This document shows positions 38,401 through 51,921 of a DNA stretch of 64,000 nucleotides, piece by piece (position 1 is the first letter of the stretch; every line of letters begins with the position of its first letter). Origin of the DNA: Geosiphon pyriformis uo1 (taxonomy: Eukaryota > Fungi > Glomeromycota); NCBI GenBank assembly GCA_016748015.1, contig JAAOMT010000151.1, forward strand, positions 261,463 through 325,462, given 5' to 3'. The position numbers were made by a program, and so were the translations under genes. The notes below the pieces were generated by a model. It searched no databases, was not told where the DNA came from, and worked only from the letters and a program-made list of their open reading frames with translations.

Positions 38401-40140
38401 CCTCTGTGATATCCTGTTAAGCTAAGAGTGAACACTTCAAACAATTTTCTAGTGGGTGTGGTTTGTATATTTCTTGACAACAAGCTGTCTTTGGATAACA
38501 GGCTTCCTTGTGCCTTTCACTCTCCTGGCCGTTTCCCAATGTCATTAGTATTGGGTGATCCTTTGTATTTCAATGTGGTTTGCTCCTTGAAAATTGCTGG
38601 TGTGGCGTATGGTGACCAACTTCTGGACAAAAATGGTTCTATTGTTGGTTGGCGTACGTTTTGCCAATGGAAAAGACTTGGTTCTAGAGGCCCCATGTCT
38701 TTATGGTTTTTGAAGGCCTCTGCTTACTTGAGTAATTGTTTGCATGCTCCCTCTCCTGCGAGTTTAACTTCTGTCTGTGCTAGTGTTTTGAACTCGATGT
38801 CTTTTGCCAACATTCGTAAGGAGATTCATAGATTGTGGGCTGATAAGATTGATGTTTATATTGACAGTTCTCTTAGAAGTTTGGGTACATTTCAGATGGC
38901 ATGTGGTGCTGCCATTTATTTTCTGGGCTTGAATAAAGGTTTAGAAGTGGAGGTACATGGTGTGCTGTCTTTGACCCTGGCTAAATTACAGGCTGTTGCT
39001 CTGGCTCTGGAGTGCGTTCCCATCTCTGTTTCAGTGGCTTTGCACATGGATAGTCAAGCAGCTATCGATGCATGTGTGGCTAAATTGGGTCTGTTACAGC
39101 TGGATTGTCGCAATAGTTGCTAGATAAAAAAGCGCCATGTGGTTAATTTGATTGAATTCAAAGATCTGACTGTTCACTGGATCAAGGTCAAAAGTCATGC
39201 TGGCATCGCTGGTAATGTTTTGGCTAATGTTTTTGCTGAACAGACTGTGCACTCTGGGGTCTCTCTCCCTGCCAGGATTAATTGTAGATATGTGGTTGCT
39301 GATGGCAGGCCAGTTTCCAGTAATGCCCACCATTTTGTACGTGACATTTTTTGTTCTATTTGCAAGTTTCAATGGGAAGTGGGTCCTAGCCAAGGGGTTG
39401 TGTCTTGTTTGTTTGGTCTGATTGTCGATTGGAATAGTACTACTCTAGTTTGGCACTCTGACTCTCATATGCTCTCTGAGAGTATGTGTTGAGCCACTGC
39501 TGCTCTTCATACGTACTTCATGAAAGCTGTTTATTTTAAGTTGCCTGTTGCTGTTTAAAAGAGGTTGTATAATAAGGATTACCCTGGTGTGTCTTGTCTG
39601 TTTTGTGGTGATGTGAAACTTCCCGATCATGGTTTTACTTGTGTTAAGGATGCTTCTGTGCGATCAGATATTTTGGGTGATTTTGGTGGTTTGTGAAGGA
39701 CTCTGATGGGTCCTAATCTACTGTTGCCGTTTTTTGTACTGCGAGATCTCTCTTTGGGAGTGTCTGATGTTGGGTTGTATTTGGTTTTTTGCAAGGGATT
39801 TGTTCTCAAGAGTTGGATAGATGAGGCCACTGCTTCTCTTGGTAACAAGAAGAAAGCGGCCATTGTGGTGATGGATTTCGTCTGTCGTTTGGCTGAGAGT
39901 TATAGGACAAACCTTTGGCTCTTTAGGACTAAGTTCAGGTCTAACATGGAGAGAAGTGGTTTGATTGGTGATGATGTTGTTGTGGCCAATGCTCTTGGTG
40001 TGGGTGCTCTGCCTCTCTCAGCTGGCACGGTCTGCCTTATTGGTGTGCTAGATTCTCTTAATGTCGGTTTCGGTTTTAGGAGTAGGTTTTTGTTTTTGTC
40101 TGGTGCTGTTCATAGGGTTAGTGTTTTGATAAGTGCATAG
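35455..40140 (+). pseudogene. LINE-C ORF2 (APE-RT-RNaseH-zinc finger)
   Basis: ATCNVRG, LDYIL, QPIALIE, GLDQGE, AFVND, YIDSS, MDSQAA, VKSHAGIAGN, CLFC..DHGFTC. Confidence 0.93.
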
Positions 40141-40454
40141 TGTTGCCTTGATTGGCTCGAGTGGCCGGTCACATGTAGCAAATGCGTGAACCATGTTTAG
40201 TTGGCTACTTTTCTTTGTAACTTATTCTAGACTTTGGTTGGGCTGCACTCATTAATAAATAAATAAATAAAATATATATCTATTTTAATTAATTAGTAAA
40301 TAATTATTAAGCTATTAAGTTTTTTATTTAATTATAAGTACTTTTTGGCTTATTTGTTTATAATTACATTAAATTAGATATATTTGTATATGGTTTGTAT
40401 ACTTTTATGTACACATAATGTTTTCTAATTTATTTGTTGCTTTGTATTATTTAT

Positions 40455-40920
40455 TTATTTATTTAACGCATTTAACGAGTATAGCCCAATCGCTATCTAG
40501 TACATAGAACCAAACTAAAAGGCTCAAACTAGACGCGACTCACGCACTTTCTACATGTGGCTAGCCACTCAGACCAGACAAGACAACACTACACATCTAT
40601 AACTACTTGCACACTGCCATCCAGACCAGAAAAGAAACAAAAAGGCTTGTGATGACCAAAGCTAACAGCAAAAGAATTGGCCAAACCAAGCAATCTCACA
40701 ACACCATCAGACAAAACCAAAGACACACCACAAGGGAGCCCAGAAACAACACCAACATCACAGACCAGACCAGCCTTCTCTATCATCACCCGGTGGCTGG
40801 CTCTAGCTAACCATATCTTAGCATAATGTAAACCAACAACAAACCTGACATAATCAACAATCCTAGCAGTGGCCACCTTTTTATCCTCAAAAACATCACA
40901 AGCCTCCTCATATCATTCCA
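40455..40920 (-). mobile_element. LINE-D: young 5'-truncated copy, tail-to-tail with LINE-C
   Basis: ORF2 C-terminus (40589-40876), intact 3'UTR, (TAAA)n tail, TSD TATTATTTAT (40445-40454 / 40921-40930). Confidence 0.9.
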
Positions 40921-40999
40921 TATTATTTATATTGTTATTTAATAATTAGTTAATATATTATAATTTTATTATTTTTGGTTTTTGTTAATTTTTATTAAG

Positions 41000-43900
41000 T
41001 AATATTATAAATAAAATTAACAATTTTTTAATAGCAATTTAACTACTACCAAAAATAGACTGAGTTTTCAAATACTATTTTTTAAACATAATATTTTTGC
41101 ATAAAACAATATAAATTATGTTATTAAATATATATATATAAAGCAACTATAAAACACAAGACAATAATAAGCTTAAATTTGATAAAAAACCTTATAAAAT
41201 TACATATAATTTGATTAACTTCTTACAAAAAAACAAAATTCATCTTATATATATAAAAATAATCAGAAAATTTTATCTTTTTACAATAAAAACACAAAAT
41301 ATTAGAATATTTTTTATTATATAAATGCTTATAAATAACAATAAACAAGTAATAATATAAAGCTTTTATGAATATAAATGCAAATTAACAAAGGTTTTAT
41401 TTATAAAACCAAAAGTCATATGCAAATTAAAATATTAAACTAAAACAGTTTGATCTTAATTAATGTTCTTAATAATATTTATATTTATAATATCAAAACC
41501 AAATCTAATCTCTTAATAAATATAATAGATAGTTTTAAACATATTATTAAGTATTTTCAAATATTGTTATATTATCAGCTTTAATAAACTTCTTGTAAAC
41601 ATAAACAAAAAATACCAAATTTAAATAAAAAGCAATAATAACCAGTTTATTAATATACTTATTATCTAAAATATCTGAATAGTTTTTAATTTTAAACTAA
41701 ATAACATTAAGACTTTTACTTCTGATAAAATTTATAATACAATGTTTTTCAAGTTAATAACAGTTGTAAAAATTTGGCAAAACCATATTTAGTTTAATTA
41801 AACAAGTATTTAAAGCAGTTTAACTATTTAAATATATTATAACAGCACTAAAAACAGAAATACACTTAAGTACCAAAGTAATTGGCTATAATTCTGCCAA
41901 CATAAACGAAATTAAACCACCAATTTTAACATCTATAGCTAAATTTAAATCAGCAAAAAACATAATTGTACTATATTTTACTTTAGACATACTTAGATTT
42001 TTTAAAAATTTATCTGTGTAAACATTAATAATATCCAAATTGGCATCGAAAAAACACCTTTTAACTATAAAAAAATTACTGAAATTATAAACATTCAAAA
42101 AGCATAAATTACTAATTAAAGACTGATTAACATAATAAAAAATATTACCAACCAGAAAATTAAATGCCAACTTAAACCAATTGGAAATTAGATTTTGAGA
42201 ATCAAGTTTTTTTCAATAACAAAAACTTTTTTAATTAAAAATTGATTTTTTTTAATATAAAACTGTTTAATAAAAGCAATACCAAATTTCTTAAAAAAAC
42301 AAAAAACTTTATAAAAAACTAAATCTTCTAAAACAAGTGATATTAAAATATTATCAAAAAGATAAAATACAAAGAATAACATATTTACTAAAAAAAATAT
42401 TGTAATTCAGAAAAATTTTTTTTATATCAGCCAAAAAATTGTTTACCAAACTAATTTTTAATTTTACAGAATACTACAATAAATAATTAAGAAACCAACT
42501 TAATATTTGCAAATTTAGTAACTTTTAATTGAACAAATAACTAAAAATATTATTAATATTAAAAAAATTTATTACTATAACTATTTTATTTTCTTTTTGT
42601 ATCTGTTCAAAAGTTTTTAAGTCATATAAAGACAAATAATAGATAGTTTTACTAAGAAAATTTTTTAGTAAACTAGTTTTTATCTTTAAATTTTTTCTAA
42701 TTAACATATTTTATTTGTTATATATACTTTTAAAAATAAAACTAAACTAAGTTTTGTAACTAATAATAAATAGCAACACAATTAAAACCAAAAAAAACTG
42801 TTTGTTTAAGATAACTTTTTTAAGACTATATTAACAAAAAACTTAATATTTGAATAAATTTTTGCCAAACTGAATTTAAACAAACTTTTTAATAATAAAA
42901 AAATATCCAAATATTTATAAAATTTTTTTTTATGCAATAAAAATTGGCAGACTACTTATTGATAATAAAGCTTTTCTGATTTTCTAATTGATAAAAATAA
43001 CTATTGTCTTTTTATTCTTGATTAAAATATTATTAATTTTAAAGAACTTACTTATAATATTCAGAATATATTAAGTAGTAGTCTACTTATTTTTTACTTA
43101 AATAGTATTATTAACAAAAACACTAACTGCCAAATAAAATATTAATTTAGTCTGGTTTTTAATTCTGCCAGTTTGAACAATAAATTTATTATTAATATAA
43201 TAGTTGTACAAATTTTTATGTCTTTTTATTTTATATAATAAAAAATCATAAAAAACTTTCTAAAACAGTAAAAAAAAATTTTATCTTAATTCAGACTATT
43301 ATATACTTAGTATTTATTAGTTAGTTCATAATTTATCATGATTTAATTAACTTTGTTATTGTAAATACTACTAAAAAATTTTATAAACTACTATTATAAG
43401 TGATTTATTTGAATGTTAAAATAAATAACAAACTTATAATATAGTGTTTAATAATTATTAATAATAACTTTTAAAAATGTTTGTAATCTGAAGATTTTAG
43501 TTAAGTTTTTTGTATAATAAACAAAGATTTAATGGCAAATAATTGGTGATATTTAATGTTTAATTTTTAACATAATAACTAATTTATTTTGATAAATACA
43601 CTTTTTTGGTAAGTAATTCTTATTATTTAATTTATGTTTTGTCTTGGCATTTTTTTATTAGATAATTTTCAATATTTTAATTTTAATGCTTTTTTTTAAT
43701 TAATTAATAAACACACAAACAAAAGTAAAAAAAATTAAAAAAATTAAAAAATTAGTATTTTGTTAATAGTCATAATTAAAAATTATTGTTTCAATATAAT
43801 TAAGTATTAGCTATTATTAATATGAATTGCTAATATGACAAAAATAATAAATAATTTAATTAAGTAATGATAATAACATGAATTGAGCAGTAATTAATAA

Positions 43901-46900
43901 TTTTATTAATAAGTATATAATTTTATTTCAAGTAATAGCAAACTAACTTTTAAAATAAATAAATAAAAAAAAAGACCAAATCTTAAAGTTTTGTTTTGAA
44001 TTCTGATTTGTCTTTTTCTCTTCTATTTCTATTGCTATATATATATAATTTTTATTATATAAAATTCTTTAAAATCTTTGAATTTTTTCTAAAAAAATTT
44101 CTGAAATTCTAAAATCCTGTAATTTTTACTAAAAGTGTTACTAGAATTTTAGAATTCTGAAATTTCAATTAAGAAAAATTCTGAAATTCCTCTTTTATTA
44201 TGCTTATTTCTAACTAGTTATTTATTAAATTTATTATTTTTTATTATTACATAAGTAATAATAATATTTTTTTTTAATATTAGGCTTTATTGAAATCTCC
44301 CAGATTTTTTCTTTAAATTAATTCTATTACTTCTTTTTCTAAAATTACATTGTTAATTTTAGTCTGTAATTTTTTAAATTGAGCATTAGTGATTTTTTTT
44401 ATTTGTTAATTGTTATTATGTTTATTATTAAATATAGTAGTATTTTTGAACAATTTTAAAATTTTGTTTATAATTAGTAAATTGCTTTTACATATATGGT
44501 TAAACTGTTTTTTTTACAAATTTTTTTATCTGCTGTAACATAATAAAATTAAATATTTATTTGGTTTTATTCATATACAAGTTCTAAATATTTAGCTGTT
44601 TTTTTAAGTAATAATAGCAAAAGTTTTTAGAAAATTGTTGTGTTTATTGATTTCAATTTTTTTTGGTTATTTTTTAATATGTTGTAATTATTATTGAATT
44701 TTTTAATGCTGTTTTTACTTTTTCTATTATTTTATCTACTATATTTTTAAATAATATGTGTATTTGATATTATTAATTATTTTAAAGCTTTTGTTTCTTT
44801 TTTGTGTCTTTGTATTAAATAATTTGTTTATTAATTGTGGTTTTTATATCCAATTTTTGATGTTTTATAAGTTAAAATAATTATTGTACAATAAAGTAAA
44901 TATTATCAGTAATTTTCATTTTTTTAATTTTTTTTTTGTCATATATATTGGATTTTTATATTTTTAACTGATTTAATTTATATGTTTGCTTTAATAATTA
45001 TAATTGATTTCAAATTTCGTGAAATTTTATTTAGTTTAACTAGTATTTTTTGTACTTCTAATTGTAAAATATTATTGGTAATAAATAATATTTTGTTGTA
45101 ATATAATTTAAGCCAATTACTATGTACTGCTTTGACTAAAATTTTATTGTTTTATCTTAATTTATATGCTTTATTTCCTAAAATTTTTTCAATATGAAAT
45201 AAACTGTTTTATTTGGAATTAAACTTTTTGCTTCATTGTTTTTTTATCTTAATATAATATAATAATACTTTGTTTTCAATTTTAAATTTAACTGGTTTAT
45301 TTAATAGCTAGTTATTATATTATTTTTTTGTTTTTTTTGTAACTTTTGAATATTATTAGCTGCTTTTTTTTATTTATTTTTTAGTATTTCTATTAAATTA
45401 TATGTTTTTTGTAACAATATTGCTTAAAAAATAATTTTTGTTATTAATTTGGCTAGATATATTTAAATATCTATCTCAATTAATAATATTGCTGTTTTAT
45501 TATAAATCAATTTAAATAATATTGTCTGAATTATATTTTGCTTGTTGTTTAATAAGCAAATAATATTAATAATATAAACAAGTTTTATTTTTCCTGATTT
45601 TTCTGATTGATTTTGGCAATTATTTTACACAATATTCTATTAAACTTTTTAATTAAGCTATTTGTTTGTAAATAATATGATAATAATAGTAATTTTTTTA
45701 TTTCAAATCTTTAACTTAATTCTGTTAATATTTTGTTTATAAAGTAAATTTTTTGGTTTGATAATAATTTTTTTGGAAATTTATAATAATAAATTAGTTT
45801 TTAGTATACAGATTCTGTTACTGTTTCTATATTGGCTCTTTAAATAGTTTTAACTTTTGGTTATTTAATAAAATAGTCCATTGTTACTGTTATATATTTG
45901 TTGCTTTTGTTAATAATTGTTAATAGTTTTATTAAATTAATCTTAATTTAATTAAATAATTATCATATTTTAATTGATCTTAATAGTTTACTAGATCTTG
46001 TTTCTCTTTTTTTTTAATAAATATTACAATTTTAAACATATTAAATAATATTTAAATATATTAATAGCCAGTAATATTGTTTTTTGGTTCTTTTAATTAT
46101 GGTTTTTTTATAAAAATGTTTTGTTGTTGGATCTAAATACATATTAAATAATATTATTTTTTTTTCTGATTTTGTGACTATTTTAAGTGGTTGGTTTGGT
46201 TTTTTTTATTTTTTTAATATAGTATATTTTGGTAAATAATAAAATATTTTGATTGTTGTTTTATATTGTTTTTTTTTATTTTAAGATAATTTTTTCTTAA
46301 CCTGTTAAATATTAATATAATATTAAAGTTATTAGTATTTTTGTATATTTATTTTTTAACTTATTTTTTGGTTTTAAAATGTTCTTAAATTTGTCTTATT
46401 TTGGATAAACTATCAAAATTTCTATTTTTTATTAAAGTATATTGTATAATTAAATAGTAATAATTCTATTTTTTATCTTATATAATAATTGTTTTCAAAT
46501 TTTTGTTTTTGAATTAATGTCAATTTTTTGTAGTCTGTATATATATCAAATTTTTTAACTCAAGTATTTATTTTATTTTATTACAGTTTAGTAAAAAACG
46601 GAGTATTTTAGTACTAGAGTATTATAATTTTTTTTGATTAAACTTAAGCTTTGATTGATATATACTACTAAATATTTTTTTTTATAAAATTTTTATTGAA
46701 ATAGAACTGTTTTCAATACTAAGTCTAATATATTTGTTGTAATAATAAATAATTTATTATAATTTAAATAGATCAATATTAAAGCTTAAACAAGCTTTTT
46801 TTAGTGTATTAAAAGCTATTTATTGTTATTTAGTCTATTTATATTTTGTGTTTTTTGCTTAAAACTAATACAACAGTTGGGTTAATTTAAAAAAGTTGTA

Positions 46901-49555
46901 AATAAAGTGGTAATTGTATTTGGTAAATTTCAGAAATGCTTTTAGTTTTGTAAGATTTATTAATACTAAAAAGTTTTTACTTTTTTCAATTTTGTCTAAA
47001 TCTGTTTTAATGTTATTTTTACTAATAATATGTTTCAAAAACTTAAGCTTAGTCTTTCTAAAAAAGTATTTAATTGTATTTAACTTTAATTTAATTCTTC
47101 TTAATTTTTTAAATACTTGTTAAAAATATTACAAAGATTATTATTAATTAAAACAAACTTTCTGTATTTATTAACACTTTTTAAGTTAAATCACATAAAA
47201 AACTTGTAAGTAAAAAATCTATTAAAAAAATTTAACAAATTTAGATCTAAAAATTTTTTTAAATTTATATTATAACCAATATTATTCTTATTAAAATTAC
47301 CATTTAGAACAACAAAAGTACTATTATTTAAAGTCTTTATTATTATTAAATTAATATTATAAGATTAAATCAATCTTTTTACCAAAGTAATATCTGCATA
47401 CAAATCTAAAATAGAGATTAAAAAACAATTCTTAAATAATAATCATATTAACAAAAACTAATTGGCTATTTTTAAAACTTTGCAAACAAATTTAACTATA
47501 ATATTATTAATAATTATAGCTATTATAAAACCTAAATAATTAGAGTTAATACTTAATATAAAGATTCAAACATTATTAAATCTGTTTATAATTTATAATT
47601 AAACTTTATCTTTTAATTTTGTTTAATAACAATTAAAACAAAATTGTTTATTTTTTTGTACTACTAAATAATATCTATCTGTTTAACAGAATTATTTATG
47701 CTATAAACATTATATATAACAATTTTTTAAATAAAATTAGTTATTAAAAAGTAAGAAAAAAAAATATTTTAAGCCAAAGACAAATTGTTAAATTTTGTTA
47801 ACAAATTTATAATTAAGCTAAACAAATTATTTAATTAAGTTTTTAATTTAATCATATTTAAAAATACTAAAAAACTTAATTTTATTACAGTTTTACTATT
47901 AGTGTATATACTTAAATTTTTTATTATTATTATATTATTTATTTAATTTTATAATAAAAGAGTTATTAACAATTAATATTTAAAGTTAAACTAAAAAATC
48001 ACTAATACAAGTATGTTTAATCTTTTAGCCAATTTACCAATTTGTTTTATAAAGTTGGCAAAACTGTATTTAAGTTTGTTAAATTATAATTCCAAAATGC
48101 CCATAACTATTGAAAAAATTTAACTTTATTTAAAAAACCAAACCAAAAAAAATACCAGAAACCACTTAAAAAAAATTTATTAACAAATATCTAAGATTTG
48201 TTTCTAAAAACTACTAAATAAATAACAAAAACAAACTTTTTTGCAAACTATCAAAGATAATTAGAACCAATAAAATACAACATTTTTTATAATAAAAGTC
48301 ATAACTACTGTTTTAATCAAACTCTTTTCTAAATTAAAACATACTTAATATAATTATAATTAATAGAGTTGTAATTAATTATACAAATTTTTTTACTAAT
48401 TAAATCAATAATATTCTAAAAATTATGAACAGTTATTTTCACAAAAAATATATAAAGCAAAGTCTTAAACTCATTTTTAGTATTCTATAATTGTTTATTA
48501 ATATTAGTTTTTATTATACAGATTGTGTTTTTTCTAATAAAAATAGATTACTTAAAAGCCAAAAAATTAGCTTAATTCTAATTATCTAATTTTATGATTG
48601 TCTTTTACTATAGTCTTATTAATTAAATCTTAATTAACTTAATAGTACCAAAATTAATAAATGTAATTTATATAGCCTCTAAAAATGTTTTTACAGAAAT
48701 TTTTTTAATTACTATTCCTAATTTGTCTAACTGTTTACTGAATACTTAAAATTAGTATTTACTACAACATTTTTATTATTTGTTAAATCTGTTATAGTTA
48801 ATATTGCTTTTTTAAAAGTAAAAAATGTCCAAATAATTCTATTATATTTTAAGAAAGTGAAAGTTTTTCCAAAATTATTTATACTAAAAAAAAATTCCTA
48901 ACAAATTTTAGTTTTTTTTAAGCTAAATTTACAAATACAATAGAAAAATTAATATCTAAAGTAAAAGATTTGTAAACTGAAATATTTATTAATAGCTTGA
49001 GAAAAAAATTAAATAAAAAACTGTTTAAAAAGTTATTATTATTATTACTGCCAATATTAAAATCAATTTGTTTTAAAAATTTCTTAAATATATACTTAAT
49101 AATAATTTTTTTTGGCTCTTTAGAAGTCATATTAACATTTTTTTATTTTAATTTATTATTACTGCTAAGCTAAAAACTGGTCTTTTTACAAAAAACTCTT
49201 TATCTATATTTATGTTTTTTGTATTAACAGTGTTATTAGTATTTAAACCAATTATTCTGTTAGTTTTAAATAATGTCTAAAAAACACCAAAGCCAATTCT
49301 AACAACAGATTCTTTTAAACACTTTTTTTGCATTTTTTTTTGGCAAATAAGTTCAAAACTACAAAATTAGCACTAATTTTTTTTTGGATTCTTTTATACT
49401 TAAACTATTGTTAATATTGGCAGTTTTATAATTAAACATAAAAAGATTTAAAATATTTAATTAAATAGTGAAAAATAAACAAAGACAGAAAAAACTTCTT
49501 TTAAAAATAATGTATTTTTTCAGAAATTTGGAACGTAAAAAAGAAAAAAATTTTA
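41000..49555 (-). mobile_element. LINE-E: heavily eroded LINE (parts ~41000-43391 and ~47130-49555) interrupted by Gypsy copy 2 and a deletion
   Basis: 5' motif at ~49490-49555, ORF1 KSFTLDINFS, APE remnant, RNaseH NVYTDKFLKNL, YDLKTFEQIQ. Confidence 0.8.
43392..47125 (-). mobile_element. Gypsy copy 2: 3' LTR (43392-44260), ORF3, IN, RH and part of RT; 5' half deleted
   Basis: Collinear with 14565-18330, differing largely by C->T/G->A. Confidence 0.85.
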
Positions 49556-51094
49556 AAAAAAAAATTTTAATTGCCAAAAAACTTTAACCATTTAATCAAA
49601 AAAAAATTTTAAAAATTATTTAAAAGTGTTTAAATAATTAAACACAAAAAACAAATTGAAACAAAAAAACAATTATATTAAATAATAATAAATTAAGCAA
49701 AAAAAAAACAAAATAATATTTAAACAAATTATCTTTTAAAACAAAAAATATTATTATTATTTGGGCTTAAAATTTGCTTTTAAAAGTTATTAAATACAAA
49801 ATAAAAATATTTATTTGATATATAAATAAGCTAATTAGAAATAATTTTTATTTAAAAATAATTTTTATAAATTTTTTTAAGGAAAAAAGTAATAAATTCT
49901 GAGAATTTATATTTTAGTACCAAATAATTAAAGTATTTATACTTTTTACAATGAATTAAACCAAATTTAATTCAAAAAAAATTTATATTACCAAATATTA
50001 AAATAATACATGTTTTTTTACTTATTTTTTTCAAAAAATTACCAAAATTATAAACATTTATACTTATAAACAAAATAAATAAATATGCTTTAAAACAATT
50101 CTTAAGCAGCTAAATATTTTAATTTTTATTGGCTTTGATTATATATACAGTATTTTTTCCAATTAAAAATAACTATTTTAAAGTTAAAAAATTAGTTTAA
50201 TTTAATTTAACAAATTCTATTATAGTTTTTTGTTATAATTTAATAAATTATTATTTTATAAATATAAACAAAATTATAATAAATATTTTCTTAATATAAA
50301 TTCTATTTTCATTAACCAAAACTGTTGTTTATATTAAATTTTTTTTAAAGTAAATATAGCATAAATAATTTTTTTATATTTTAAAAAAATAATAATTTTT
50401 TAAATTTATTTATTAATAAAAACAGCTTTTTAATAATTTGCACTTTAGTTATTGCTAATTTGCTTTTAATAATTAAAAAATTAATATTTAATGTTTAGAA
50501 TTTTTTTATAAATATTTTTATTCAAGACTTTACAATTTTAAAATCAATACATTTTTTTTAAAAAAAAATATTAATAAAATAAAAAAGAAACATATTTTTA
50601 TTATTAGTATTAAACTTGAAAAAACCAATAAAAAATTCAATTATCTTGTCAATATTAATGTATTTTGTTTTTAAAATATTATTTATTAAGTTCAAAAATA
50701 TTTTACTCTTATTGTTAGTACTATAAACTAAAAAGTTTTTTATAATATTTTTTATGTTTATATTTATATTTTAAATCTGTTCTATAATACTCAAAAACAA
50801 CATAAATTTAAGTTTATTTTATCTTCTAAATATTTAATATTATTTATGTTTTTGTACAAAGCTATTGCTAATTAAATTAGAAACAATATTTTTAAATAGC
50901 TTTTTTTTAGTCATATTATTACTTATAATAATCACTAATATTACAATAAAAGGATTTGTTTTTTGAAAAATATTAAAAAAAAACAAAATAAAACTTTTTT
51001 CAAATTTCTCAAATAAAAACAGTTTTTAAAAGAAGTTTTTATTTTGTATTTTTACTATTTTATAAAACATTAATTTTTTTTGGTTTTTTTGGCT

Positions 51095-51096
<2 letters not shown>

Positions 51097-51149
<53 letters not shown>
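51097..51149. repeat. (TAA)n microsatellite followed by inverted (TAT)n
   Basis: Read directly. Confidence 0.9.
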
Positions 51150-51557
51150 AAACTAATTTTAGTATATTATTTTAAATAATTTTTTTTTAAGTAAAAACAA
51201 AAAAACTGTTTTGTTTTAATAATATTTAAAAAAAAACATTTTTATAAGAATTTGTTATGATTAAAAAATTTTTTTAAGTAATAACATTTTTAATATAAAA
51301 ATTAACTTAATAAAATAAATTTATAAATTATAAAAAAATTAAATGTTTAATAAAATTGGTTTTAAATAAGATAGTTGTGTTAGAATTTTTAACCATAATA
51401 TAAACTCAGGCTTAAATTTAATTAACCTATTATCTATTATAAACAAAAATAAATTATATATAAGTTGATTTAAAATTTATAAAAGTTAAAATCAAATATA
51501 TTAGAACCCTTAATTAAAAAATTGAATTCTATTGACTTGTCTATCTGATCGCTTAAG

Positions 51558-51732
51558 ACGCGACAAACATTATATAATCTGCTGATTTATTTTGATAAGT
51601 TATCGCTTATTAATAGGGATAGATTACCTGTTGCTGTTGCAGAAGCCTGCAGAAATTTTTTTGCTGGACGCGTCTCAATAATGGGTGGAGTTTATGAGTA
51701 AAGTACCACGTCTGGTAAATATTCTTTTCGCG
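51558..51732 (+). promoter_or_regulatory. G1/S-type elements upstream of RNR2: ACGCGA (51558), ACGCGT MCB (51668), TTTTCGCG SCB/E2F-like (51725)
   Basis: Three CGCG cores within 370 bp of the ATG in otherwise CpG-poor DNA. Confidence 0.6.
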
Positions 51733-51921
51733 TTCTTTTCAAACAATAATACTTGGTTGTGATCAAAACATTATCACGTTTCTTTTGATTATTATAAATA
51801 AACGAGCTGTTCTTCCTTCAATTATTAACTCATTCCTTCCATACTTAATATTGTTTACAAAATTGGTACTTTTTTTATTTGCCAATACTTTTCATAAAGC
51901 TAAATTTTTCTCAAGAACACC

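Larger units (their letters stand above)
33447..40272 (+). mobile_element. LINE-C: best-preserved full-length LINE (still inactivated)
   Basis: 5' motif CTTCTTTCTCTCCTTCGTCCCAAATTCCTGAAA, ORF1, ORF2, (TAAA)n tail, TSD TATATCTAT (33438-33446 / 40275-40283). Confidence 0.95.

Noticed and set aside
1262-40140. Frequent in-frame TGA at Trp/Arg positions suggesting an alternative genetic code or readthrough
   Set aside because: Stops differ between copies, include TAG/TAA and are single transitions from TGG/CGA/CAR; host genes use the standard code
40141-40255. LINE tail as a hammerhead or HDV-like ribozyme
   Set aside because: No CUGANGA/GAAA core, and the helix order does not fit the HDV nested double pseudoknot
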